Origin: Candidatus Poribacteria bacterium
Lineage (GTDB): Bacteria > Poribacteria > WGA-4E > WGA-3G
DNA length: 64,000 nt
Reading direction: 5' to 3'
Assembly (NCBI GenBank): GCA_964291315.2
Contig: OZ219753.1
Coordinates: forward strand, 1,472,001 to 1,536,000
The position numbers and the translations under genes are program-made. This document shows positions 29,305 to 37,877 of this stretch, piece by piece. Numbering within the stretch: the stretch's first letter is position 1; every line of letters begins with the position of its first letter. Under the pieces are notes generated by a model that was not told the origin of the DNA, made no database searches, and was given only the letters and a program-made list of their open reading frames with translations.

Positions 29305-30075
29305 ATGATGACTTTAAGATTAGCAAACCTATTTTTGATAATTTTTATCTTGCTTATTGCTGTTGCCGGGTGTGAGAAGGCACAAAAAGTGGCGATAGAC
29401 ATTATGCCAACAGATCCCGCTATGGATCAGAGTATGAGCGACACAGAAGCGATTCCGGTGAAGTTACTCTGGCTCATCGACTATCCGGAGGGTGGGAAAG
29501 ACGCTTATATCGCTTGGGTGGCATCTATCGCAGCAATATTGCAAGCCCCGGAAGAGGTCGTTCGGATCAGATCGTACGACAATAGCGATGTAGGGGTGAG
29601 TCCGAATCGGCTTGTTGAGTTTGAATTTAAGAGTTTCCTTGACGCGGCAACCTACCTGAACCGTCCAGAGATTGCCGCTATTCTTGAAGACCTTCCGAAT
29701 CGCTCAAGTGATACCACTGTACATACATACATTTTGCGTTCAGACTATTCAAAAGATACGGAAGGCGAGTGGATGGTAAAAACCATTAATCTTGTTGACT
29801 ATCCGCTTGGTGGGAAAGAAGCGTATCTGGAATGGGTTGCCTCCATTTCTTCGACACTTATCGAACCTGCTCAATTGAAAGCGATAGCCTCTTATGACAA
29901 CTATTACGGGCAATCTCCACACCGACTCGTCGAATTCGAGTTTTCAAGTCGCGCGGACTTTGATACGTATGAACAGTTGGAAGAGATTCAGGCCATTCAA
30001 AATGAGCTCGACAACCAAACTGGCGGCTGGACCCTGCATACATTTGAGTTGCGATCAGATTATGTTAAGCAGTAG
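29305..30075 (+). CDS. Lipoprotein with two tandem EthD/dimeric alpha-beta-barrel-like domains
   Basis: AAGGAG RBS, lipobox VAG-C, duplicated DYP.GGK.AY..WVASI...SYDN...SP.RLVEFEF...LRSDY. The fold call is inference. Confidence 0.72.
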   Translation: MMTLRLANLFLIIFILLIAVAGCEKAQKVAIDIMPTDPAMDQSMSDTEAIPVKLLWLIDYPEGGKDAYIAWVASIAAILQAPEEVVRIRSYDNSDVGVSPNRLVEFEFKSFLDAATYLNRPEIAAILEDLPNRSSDTTVHTYILRSDYSKDTEGEWMVKTINLVDYPLGGKEAYLEWVASISSTLIEPAQLKAIASYDNYYGQSPHRLVEFEFSSRADFDTYEQLEEIQAIQNELDNQTGGWTLHTFELRSDYVKQ

Positions 30076-30129
30076 GGCATCTCAGCTTATTTACCTAAGT
30101 GAATATCTCTAACCCGCACGAAAATTTGT

Positions 30130-30158
30130 TTGACACCAAATAGCAAGTGTGCTAAATT
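30130..30158 (+). promoter_or_regulatory. Sigma70-type promoter upstream of the PhyH gene
   Basis: TTGACA-N17-TAAATT with TG extension. Confidence 0.7.
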
Positions 30159-30217
30159 GATGACTAACTTTTATTCAATAATCTTCGGACTCTTGTAGAT
30201 AATAGGAGGATAGGCGT

Positions 30218-31006
30218 ATGAGCGACCTGCAGTTGCAACAGTACCTCTTCGACGTGCAAGGCTACCTCGTCATTGAGGATGTCCTAAGTCCAGCAGCGGT
30301 TGCAACGCTCAACCAGCACATTGACGATCAACAGCTCCCGGTGCCTGGAAAAGCTCAAAGATTTGGAAGCGCGCCGGACGGTCCGGGGTTTCTACAATGG
30401 GGCACAGGATTTTGCGATCTGCTCGACCATCCTAAGCTGATGCCGATACTTCGATTCCGCTTAGGCGACTGCTTCCGCCTCGATCGGATTTACGGTATGT
30501 ACATGCGCGAAGGAATGCCGCGCGGGCAGCTCCATGCCGACTACGGGGCAACCTCTCCAACAGCCAAGGTAAAACCAGGGGAATACTACCCTTTCCGGGA
30601 TAACCAAATTCTTAATGGATTTGTGGTTGTGACCTATAATCTCGCAGACACCGGGCCAGAACACGGGGGGTTTTGCTGTATTCCCGGCAGCCATAAGAGC
30701 AATTTTAAGCTGCCACAGCAGATAGCCGATGCGCCTGAAGATTCCCCAGCTGTTATTGTTCCGAACGCCCCTGCCGGCTCTGCAATTCTGTTCACCGAGG
30801 CACTGACACACGGCACAGCAGCGTGGCGTGGGAAACACCAACGTCGGTCTCTGCTATATAAGTATTGCGTCTCACATATCGCCTGGAAGGGGCAGCGGGT
30901 TGCACAACCGGAGGGCATCGCGTTAACAGAACGTCAAAAGATTCTCTTCCGTGAACCTGCCGATCCGTATCGGCACTTCCCAGCCTTGTTTGATACAACG
31001 CAATAG
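30218..31006 (+). CDS. Phytanoyl-CoA dioxygenase (PhyH) family Fe(II)/2OG oxygenase
   Basis: FDVQGYLVIEDVL, HAD, IPGSHK, FTEALTHG, RRSLLYKY. Confidence 0.9.
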   Translation: MSDLQLQQYLFDVQGYLVIEDVLSPAAVATLNQHIDDQQLPVPGKAQRFGSAPDGPGFLQWGTGFCDLLDHPKLMPILRFRLGDCFRLDRIYGMYMREGMPRGQLHADYGATSPTAKVKPGEYYPFRDNQILNGFVVVTYNLADTGPEHGGFCCIPGSHKSNFKLPQQIADAPEDSPAVIVPNAPAGSAILFTEALTHGTAAWRGKHQRRSLLYKYCVSHIAWKGQRVAQPEGIALTERQKILFREPADPYRHFPALFDTTQ

Positions 31007-31099
31007 ACGGGAGCAGAACAACTTCGTATCTATTGTCTGGGAAAGCAGAACGTATATGCCAAATTTCAGGCAGAACCAATTACAGAGAATAGTAACTGA

Positions 31100-32041
31100 A
31101 TGCCGGATCCTGAACGACTAAATTTAAAACCCAAACGTTTGTCTGAGAATATGCAACATCAGGAGCAACTTTTTTTACAACTGCTGGAGAAAGCGGACGA
31201 TTTGCTAACTCGCTTTGGATCCCTCCGGCCACATCCATCGAATGCAAGGCTTGATGACTATATCGCCTTTCGATGGCGAGCACAGAACGGATCAGGCCAC
31301 CTCATTCCGGTCAAGCACCCGAACCTCGTGGGTGTGTCCGATCTGATTGGAATAGAAACGCAGTCCTCCGAGCTCGATAGGAACACGCGTCAGTTTCTAC
31401 AAGGCTTGCCCGCTAACCATGTCTTGTTATGGGGCGATCGTGGCACCGGAAAATCTTCACTTGTAAAGGGGATGCTGGCGCGCTATGCCGATAACGGACT
31501 TCGGTTAATTGGTGCCACTAAAGAGGGGCTTGCCCACCTTCAAGAAATTGCCGAAATGGTGTGGGAGCGCCCTGAACGTTACATCCTTTTCTGTGACGAC
31601 CTCGCCTTCAACGAAGACGAACCGGAGTATCGAGAGCTCAAAGCGATGTTAGAAGGCGGTATTTCTGCCTGTCCAGATAACATGCTCATCTATGCCACCT
31701 CAAACCGACGGCATCTAATGCCTCGACAGGTCGGAGACAATCGCTTCCCTCAAAATGACGAAGATGAATTGTATCCGCGTGAGGCGACAGAGGAAAAGGT
31801 CTCTTTAAGCGATCGATTCGGATTGCGTCTCGCTTTCCAACGAATCTCGCAGGATACGTACTTGCAGATTGTCTCACACTATGCCGGAAAACGCGGGCTT
31901 TCTGTGTCGACAGCGACGCTACACCGCGCAGCCCTTGAGTGGGAAGCCTCCTCAAGTGGGCGTTCAGGACGCGTCGCCTATCAATTTGTTGCAGACCTCA
32001 CGGGACGGTTAGCACTTGACTCAGGTAAACATTCTATGTAG
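31100..32041 (+). CDS. DUF815 family AAA+ ATPase
   Basis: PANHVLLWGDRGTGKSS, LFCDDL, YATSNRRHL, EEKVSLSDRFGL, RSGRVA. Confidence 0.9.
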   Translation: MPDPERLNLKPKRLSENMQHQEQLFLQLLEKADDLLTRFGSLRPHPSNARLDDYIAFRWRAQNGSGHLIPVKHPNLVGVSDLIGIETQSSELDRNTRQFLQGLPANHVLLWGDRGTGKSSLVKGMLARYADNGLRLIGATKEGLAHLQEIAEMVWERPERYILFCDDLAFNEDEPEYRELKAMLEGGISACPDNMLIYATSNRRHLMPRQVGDNRFPQNDEDELYPREATEEKVSLSDRFGLRLAFQRISQDTYLQIVSHYAGKRGLSVSTATLHRAALEWEASSSGRSGRVAYQFVADLTGRLALDSGKHSM

Positions 32042-32112
32042 ACGGAGTTTTTATAACGCCAAAATCAGCAAAAAACCGCACAGTTTCCAACTGTGCATTT
32101 ATGGAGGTACTT

Positions 32113-32748
32113 ATGAAAAAGGGATGGATAGTCTATTTAACACTCACGTTGCTACTAAGTGGGACACCGCTTGTGCAAATAGTCAACGCTGCCCCGACAA
32201 AAGGCACACTACGCATCAGTGGCGACAATTCTTGGGTAGCGTTCATTAACGGTGAAGAGGTCGCAGCACACGCAAACTGGCAGGAACCGACTGTCACGGA
32301 ATTTGAACTCGACAAAGGTTTCGCTCAGATTGCTATCTATGTACACGATGCTGAACCCGGTGCTGCCGGTAAAGGCGGTTTTCTTGCCGACATTGTCCTG
32401 AACGATAAACCCGACTATATCGCAACCGGTGAAGACGGGTGGCGATGTGATACCGGAGAACCTATCGCAGACCGGGCAGACGATTGGACAAAGGTTGATT
32501 TCGATGACAGCGATTGGGAAGATGAACTCGAAATCTATGAACAGTTCGGGGCCGGTATTTGGGGCTTCGGTGCTGCAATCATGGAACAAATCCTCAAAGA
32601 CCCGGAATGTGAGGCACATTGGGTCTGGTGCGGTCCTAACGACGTCGAGGACGACATCTACTTCCGGTACACTATCGGAACCCTCTCCGTTGAACCTGAA
32701 GACAAGCTCGCTACCACGTGGGCACGCATTAAGAGAGAGTCTCGGTAA
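32113..32748 (+). CDS. Secreted beta-sandwich (carbohydrate-binding-like) protein with C-terminal VEPxDKLATTWAxIK motif
   Basis: Signal peptide; DNSWVAFINGEEV, WTKVDFDDSDW, AHWVW, YFRYT. Confidence 0.75.
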   Translation: MKKGWIVYLTLTLLLSGTPLVQIVNAAPTKGTLRISGDNSWVAFINGEEVAAHANWQEPTVTEFELDKGFAQIAIYVHDAEPGAAGKGGFLADIVLNDKPDYIATGEDGWRCDTGEPIADRADDWTKVDFDDSDWEDELEIYEQFGAGIWGFGAAIMEQILKDPECEAHWVWCGPNDVEDDIYFRYTIGTLSVEPEDKLATTWARIKRESR

Positions 32749-32975
32749 GGTGCTGTAACGCGCGTTTGATAGGTATGGAAGTCAACGGAACCACACAGTC
32801 AATTCTGTTGATTATCGGTTATCATGATCCTTCGGTTCTCGTACGTGTATTCTACCATATGCAGCGCCGCGATCAGGAGCTTGCCGACCGTGCCTATCGA
32901 ACCGACCGAGTGGAAAGGGCAATACGGCATACGATGCTTTAAAGATAAGAAAATAGATTCAATATAGCGCATGGG

Positions 32976-32998
32976 GTAGGCGCGGTTTCCTAACCGCG
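32976..32998 (+). repeat. GTAG-type REP-like palindrome between convergent genes
   Basis: GTAGG CGCGGTT-TCCT-AACCGCG. Confidence 0.55.
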
Positions 32999-33014
32999 TT
33001 TATCCTAACCCAAT

Positions 33015-34313
33015 CTATGCGCTACTCTCTTTAACCGCCTCCGCAATCACCGCGAAAACCGTTTCAATGTGTGATGCCTCAAGACATGAATAAGCCACTC
33101 GCAACCCCGTCTCACCGAGCGCGATTGTACCGATGCCGTGGGCATCAAGAAGTCGTTGCCGGACCACTTCAGCGTTCCCGCGTTTAAGGTTCAGACATGT
33201 GAAATAACCGGCATGACTCGGGTACACATCCCAAAGTTTGGCGTACTGTGAATCAGATGCAACTTCTTTCACTTTTAAAGCACGCCCCTTGAGGGTCTCG
33301 TAATTGTGCTGTTTCTGTTCAGTGTAGTCCGACGTTTTCATCGTTTCCAAGATGAGCGTTTGAGAGACTTGTGAGGCGCCAGAAGTGTTTGCTCGGATGA
33401 GTCCACTGAATTTCTGTTCAAGCGGTTGCATCGCTGCCATTCCAAGCCCGAAGGTAAGAAAAGCCACACGCAAGCCCCATGCGTATTCCGCTTTCGTCGC
33501 ACCATCTATCTTCACAGGAACCACGTTCGGGTGGCATCCGACCAACAGTCCGAAAAGCGACTCATGCATCACCGAGGCATCGTACCGCAGTCCTGCGTAA
33601 GCATCGTCAATCATAACGAGGAGATTGCCGCCTCTATCGGCACATGCTACAATCGCATCCACGATCTCTGCTGCCTCTGTGCGATTAATCGCATAGCCGG
33701 TGGGATTATGCGGAAAATTCAGGAGTACCAGCAGCTTCTCTCTCGCTGTATTAGTAAGTGTTTTGCGAAACCCGGTTGTATTAAAGCCGTTATCAGCGTC
33801 GAAAAACGGATAGGTTTGGACCTCCGCCCCTGCCTTTGTCTCGAAAATGAGGCGATAATTTCCCCAAATTTTATCCGCTATAACAAGTACGTTTCCGCTG
33901 TCTACAAAGAATTCGGCAATTAAACTAAACCCATGTGTCATACCACTCGTTACAATCGGTAGACTTAATCTTGCTTCGGAGAGTGAAGGATTCTCTTTCA
34001 AGAGATGTGTTCTCCACGTTTCTCGCAATTCAGCCTGCCCGAGGATGGGGGCGTATCCGTAGACACTCTCCAGGGCGAGTTCTGGCACCAATGCACGCGA
34101 AGCCGGGAGGTGCATGATGTCATTACCTTCTAAGGCGATTGCACGTGTTGCATTGAAACGAGGCGCCTTCACAGTCGCCTCCTCTGTCTGGCTCAAGATC
34201 CCCGCTGGTAGGTAGATGCGTTTCCCTAACTCGGAGAGCAGTTTAAAAACTGTTGGGGCAGTAGCACGAATCTCTTCGTTTAACGCGATTGCTATAGGAT
34301 TTAAGTCCTGCAT
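33015..34313 (-). CDS. PLP-dependent aminotransferase class I/II
   Basis: NFPHNPTGY, DDAY, KIDGATKAEYAWGLRV. Confidence 0.9.
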   Translation of the reverse strand: MQDLNPIAIALNEEIRATAPTVFKLLSELGKRIYLPAGILSQTEEATVKAPRFNATRAIALEGNDIMHLPASRALVPELALESVYGYAPILGQAELRETWRTHLLKENPSLSEARLSLPIVTSGMTHGFSLIAEFFVDSGNVLVIADKIWGNYRLIFETKAGAEVQTYPFFDADNGFNTTGFRKTLTNTAREKLLVLLNFPHNPTGYAINRTEAAEIVDAIVACADRGGNLLVMIDDAYAGLRYDASVMHESLFGLLVGCHPNVVPVKIDGATKAEYAWGLRVAFLTFGLGMAAMQPLEQKFSGLIRANTSGASQVSQTLILETMKTSDYTEQKQHNYETLKGRALKVKEVASDSQYAKLWDVYPSHAGYFTCLNLKRGNAEVVRQRLLDAHGIGTIALGETGLRVAYSCLEASHIETVFAVIAEAVKESSA

Positions 34314-34458
34314 GGCTTCTGGAGCGTAAAGTATATAATTGTTGAAGTTTTGATGAAGTTTAAGAGTCTAAAAAGATTAAGTGGACGTATTGACACAGCG
34401 CGTTCGTAATAGAGCAATTTGTTGCACCGCGACATAAGTCAGGACCAACCTTCTCGTA

Positions 34459-34487
34459 ATTATGGACTGCGATTGCGTTAATGTCAA
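34459..34487 (-). promoter_or_regulatory. Sigma70-type promoter upstream of the aminotransferase
   Basis: Minus strand TTGACA-N17-CATAAT. Confidence 0.6.
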
Positions 34488-34549
34488 CTAATTTCTGTCA
34501 CTATTTGTTAAATTAGAAAGGAACATGGACTTCAGGGATAGGAGCGAAT

Positions 34550-35629
34550 ATGAAAGTACTTCTGAAAAGTCTGACGTTGCTGATTATACTTACCATCGCC
34601 ATCGGTGGCGGTATCTGTTTCTATCTTCTTCATGCACCGCCGCTTGAGCAGACAGGGGTTCCGAAACTCCAAATCCACAAACGGACAGCTCTCCGCGGTA
34701 GACCGACAGTCGATTCAAAGCCGATTGTGTACACCAAAGATGTCTATCGGTTTAGCCTGGATCCGCAATACATCAGCAATTTGAACAATCACAAATTAGC
34801 ACGTGAGCTCCTATTTAGCGCCTCGCTGGGACACCGCGCAGATTGGAAGGCGCAACCCTTGGATGTAGCGTTAAACACAGCAACGGATTGGCAAAAAATG
34901 TTTGCTGATTTGACTGAAAACATTCGATTCCACCCGAGTGCGTCCCCGATTGAAGTCTTGCTAAGCGGAGAGGAGTGGTTGCTCAGAGATGCAACAGGGG
35001 CCGCCTATACAGTCGTCAGAAGAAACAACACTGTTGGCGTTTACTTACCTGACCTCAAAGAGGCGTTTGATGTCAGCAAAGTCTCGCTCTCCACCGATCT
35101 GGAGGTCTTGACAGAAGAAGAAAGCAGACGGTGGCTTATTAAAGACAAAAAATATAAACAGACTTATAGGATTGAAAAGACTGCCGAAAAATTGAACGTC
35201 TATCAACAATCAAAGTTTGAGATCCTCGCTTTTCTTTTTGAGACAGAGCCAACTTTCCAAACCGCTCTTGCAGATGGAGAGTTACCGACTCAATTCATTC
35301 AGGAATTTGTTAAGGAGGATCTCCCTTTCTCCCGCCAGTCAGAAGTATCCGTAGCGGAAGACGGGGCGAGCTGGACAATAAGCAGTTCACCGCTAAAATA
35401 TGACGTTCTCAGAGAACACAACCGTCTGAAGGTCTATCTGAATCTTGACAGCAAATGGATCCGTGTCAAGATTGATGACGAAACAAAAGGATGGGTTCAA
35501 AGAGAGCGCGGAACCATTTTCATGCCGCCGCCACCGACCGTTAGTTCACGTCAAAAAGGTAAAGAACGCCTGCTGCTCCTTATAGAAAAAATAAAGGGCA
35601 AAATCGGAGTATCTGAGGCAGAAAATTAA
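34550..35629 (+). CDS. Membrane-anchored hypothetical protein with internal repeats and SH3b-like segments
   Basis: N-terminal TM; three W-x-(L/I)...Y-x-(V/I)...VY repeats; KWIRVKIDDETKGWV. Confidence 0.7.
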   Translation: MKVLLKSLTLLIILTIAIGGGICFYLLHAPPLEQTGVPKLQIHKRTALRGRPTVDSKPIVYTKDVYRFSLDPQYISNLNNHKLARELLFSASLGHRADWKAQPLDVALNTATDWQKMFADLTENIRFHPSASPIEVLLSGEEWLLRDATGAAYTVVRRNNTVGVYLPDLKEAFDVSKVSLSTDLEVLTEEESRRWLIKDKKYKQTYRIEKTAEKLNVYQQSKFEILAFLFETEPTFQTALADGELPTQFIQEFVKEDLPFSRQSEVSVAEDGASWTISSSPLKYDVLREHNRLKVYLNLDSKWIRVKIDDETKGWVQRERGTIFMPPPPTVSSRQKGKERLLLLIEKIKGKIGVSEAEN

Positions 35630-35638
35630 GCGCAAAAT

Positions 35639-36844
35639 GTGATGAAGATCCTTTTCCTGTCCCCTACCGTGCCATTTCCGCTCACCGATGGGGGGCGCAT
35701 TCGGGTGTTTAACCTTCTCAAACAGATCGTCGAAAAGAATGAAGTAACGCTAATCGCTTTGGAGACACAACCGACAGACGCAGACGGGGTCTCGGAACTC
35801 CAAGCTTTAGGCGTTCAAGTCCATCTCGTGCCAAATGCCCCGAACCTCCCCGACGTATCATTTGGTACACTTGCTAGCGCTTTTTTCAAACAACAGCCCA
35901 TTACCGTCGCCCGCTACAATGTAACCGCCTATCGTCAAAAACTGAAAACATTGCTAGCAAAAGAGCGCTTCGACCTTATCCACTATGAGATGCTCCACAT
36001 AGCACAGTTCCATACAGAAACCGAGCTACCGGGGGTACTTTCGCTGCAAAATGTCGATTCTGCTATCTGGCGCAGACTCTGTAGTGAGACTGCTAACCCG
36101 TTCTATAAATTTGCCTATTGGACGCAGCAGCTTGCTTTTCAACGGTACGAACGGGCGCTAAGCCCGAAATTCGATGCCGTTACGTGTACCTCTGACATCG
36201 ATGCCTCTGTTTTTAAGCAGTACTGTTCGAAGGGTGCTATTGAGGTAATTCCGAACGGTGTAGATGTGAGGCACTACCATCCAGACTTCACCGCTGAAGC
36301 CTCTGCACACCTCCTCTATATCGGAAGCATGGATTGGTATCCGAACGAGAACGCAGTCGTCTTCTTTGCCGATGAAGTATTCCCGCGAATTCAGAAGAAC
36401 GTCCCCGATGCAGTGTTCTGGATTGTCGGTGGAAACCCATCAAGGAGCGTGAAAAAGCTGGCAGAACGAGAGGGAATCGTTGTCACAGGGCGCGTGCCAG
36501 AAGTCAAACCCTATTTTGCGGAAGCAACAGTTTTTGTTGTGCCGTTGCGCATCGGGAGCGGCACCCGCCTGAAAATCCTCGAAGCACTAGCGATGGGGAA
36601 AGCAGTGGTCTCCACGACTGTCGGCGCCGAGGGGTTAAACCTCAAAGATGGCGAGGAAATCTTCATCGCTGATGAACCAACCCCGTTTGCTGAAGCCGTC
36701 ACCCAGATGATCACGTCGCCGAAACTCCGCCGCAGGATTGGCGAAAACGGGCGCACCCGTGTTGAGCAAGACTACGACTGGCGGCGCATTGGCGAGAAAC
36801 TCCATAGCCTCTATACCAAAATTCTTTTAACCGAGAACCATTGA
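35639..36844 (+). CDS. Glycosyltransferase family 4
   Basis: PFPLTDGGRIR, VIPNGVD, GSMDWYPN, GSGTRLKILEALAMGKAVVST. Confidence 0.92.
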   Translation: MMKILFLSPTVPFPLTDGGRIRVFNLLKQIVEKNEVTLIALETQPTDADGVSELQALGVQVHLVPNAPNLPDVSFGTLASAFFKQQPITVARYNVTAYRQKLKTLLAKERFDLIHYEMLHIAQFHTETELPGVLSLQNVDSAIWRRLCSETANPFYKFAYWTQQLAFQRYERALSPKFDAVTCTSDIDASVFKQYCSKGAIEVIPNGVDVRHYHPDFTAEASAHLLYIGSMDWYPNENAVVFFADEVFPRIQKNVPDAVFWIVGGNPSRSVKKLAEREGIVVTGRVPEVKPYFAEATVFVVPLRIGSGTRLKILEALAMGKAVVSTTVGAEGLNLKDGEEIFIADEPTPFAEAVTQMITSPKLRRRIGENGRTRVEQDYDWRRIGEKLHSLYTKILLTENH

Positions 36845-36893
36845 ATTCGCTTATAGGATCTGCCTCCCGCTGCGACCTTCTTACCCTCTTCTT

Positions 36894-36914
36894 GTAGGCA
36901 GGATTTATAAATCC
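36894..36914 (+). repeat. GTAG-type REP-like palindrome between convergent genes
   Basis: GTAGGCA followed by the perfect palindrome GGATTTATAAATCC. Confidence 0.4.
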
Positions 36915-36983
36915 GGATCTTCTTTCTTTCTGGCAGGGGTTTCTCACACTGATACGCTTTTCTAGTGAAACAGATGCCAGGTA

Positions 36984-37739
36984 TTAGTTATTTGTTTTCT
37001 CTTGTAGGCGTTTTATTTCAGCCAATGCCTCGGCGAGTTCGGAGTCTGCTTGTTGTCGTGCTTTTGCCTCTGCTGCTGCGCGTGCCTCAGCCTCTTCTGC
37101 TTGTTCTTCTGCTTGTTGTCGTGCTTTTGCCTCTGCTGCTGCCCGTGCCTCAGCGTGTCTAACCTGTCTGTCCAAAGGCTCCAGCCACACCGAACGCACC
37201 GGATCATACAAACCGAGAACACCATCACGCTCGCCTAACTCTAAACCCAGCACAACCGACGGCAAACGATCATCCACAAACCCTATCTCCTGATACACGC
37301 CATCAACAAGACGATACCCGAGAAAAGCGGGCGACACCTCGCCATAGGGATCGTAAATGTAATACTCACGCACACCCAGCACCGACGCATATAACTCACG
37401 CTTCGTCGTCAAATCCTGCCGATAGGTGCTCCTGCTCGCCAACTCTAACACAAAATCGGGAGCGTGTCCCTCTTCCCACACCCGATAGGTGCGCCGCTGC
37501 TTTTTGCTCACACCGAAGACAACGAATACATCCGGAGACACCGATTTCCTCGGGTTGCCCTCCTCATAATACATCATCAGATTGCCAGAGACATGCACAT
37601 CGTCGACGTTGCGGAAGTGGTGCTTGAGCATTTGAATGCAATCCATCATGAGGTCTCTGTGTTTCTCGGTCTCTGCCATAGGTTTACCGTCCGATTCGGG
37701 ATAGACGAGCGTTGGAGCGGCTTTTATTCTTCTGTCCAT
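36984..37739 (-). CDS. Uma2 (DUF820) family endonuclease with coiled-coil tail
   Basis: YPESDGKPMAET, VSPDVFV, PDFVLELAS, GVREYYIYDP; RBS GGAGG. Confidence 0.9.
   Translation of the reverse strand: MDRRIKAAPTLVYPESDGKPMAETEKHRDLMMDCIQMLKHHFRNVDDVHVSGNLMMYYEEGNPRKSVSPDVFVVFGVSKKQRRTYRVWEEGHAPDFVLELASRSTYRQDLTTKRELYASVLGVREYYIYDPYGEVSPAFLGYRLVDGVYQEIGFVDDRLPSVVLGLELGERDGVLGLYDPVRSVWLEPLDRQVRHAEARAAAEAKARQQAEEQAEEAEARAAAEAKARQQADSELAEALAEIKRLQEKTNN
37045..37154. repeat. 47-bp direct repeat (63-bp period) in the Uma2 tail
   Basis: 37045-37091 versus 37108-37154, one mismatch; encodes AEARAAAEAKARQQA twice. Confidence 0.9.
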
Positions 37740-37877
37740 GGGACTACCTCCTGCCTCTACTATCATATTAACTTATATGATGAAGTATATCACACAGAGA
37801 CCTAGATATCAAACGGATTCTAAGCTGGGCCTTCGAGCGGTGTTTCTCTCGACTCGTGGTTTGTATAACAGGGGCCC

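Noticed and set aside
37045-37154. Direct repeat as a mini CRISPR array
   Set aside because: Two in-frame coding copies, a 16-bp spacer and no cas genes.
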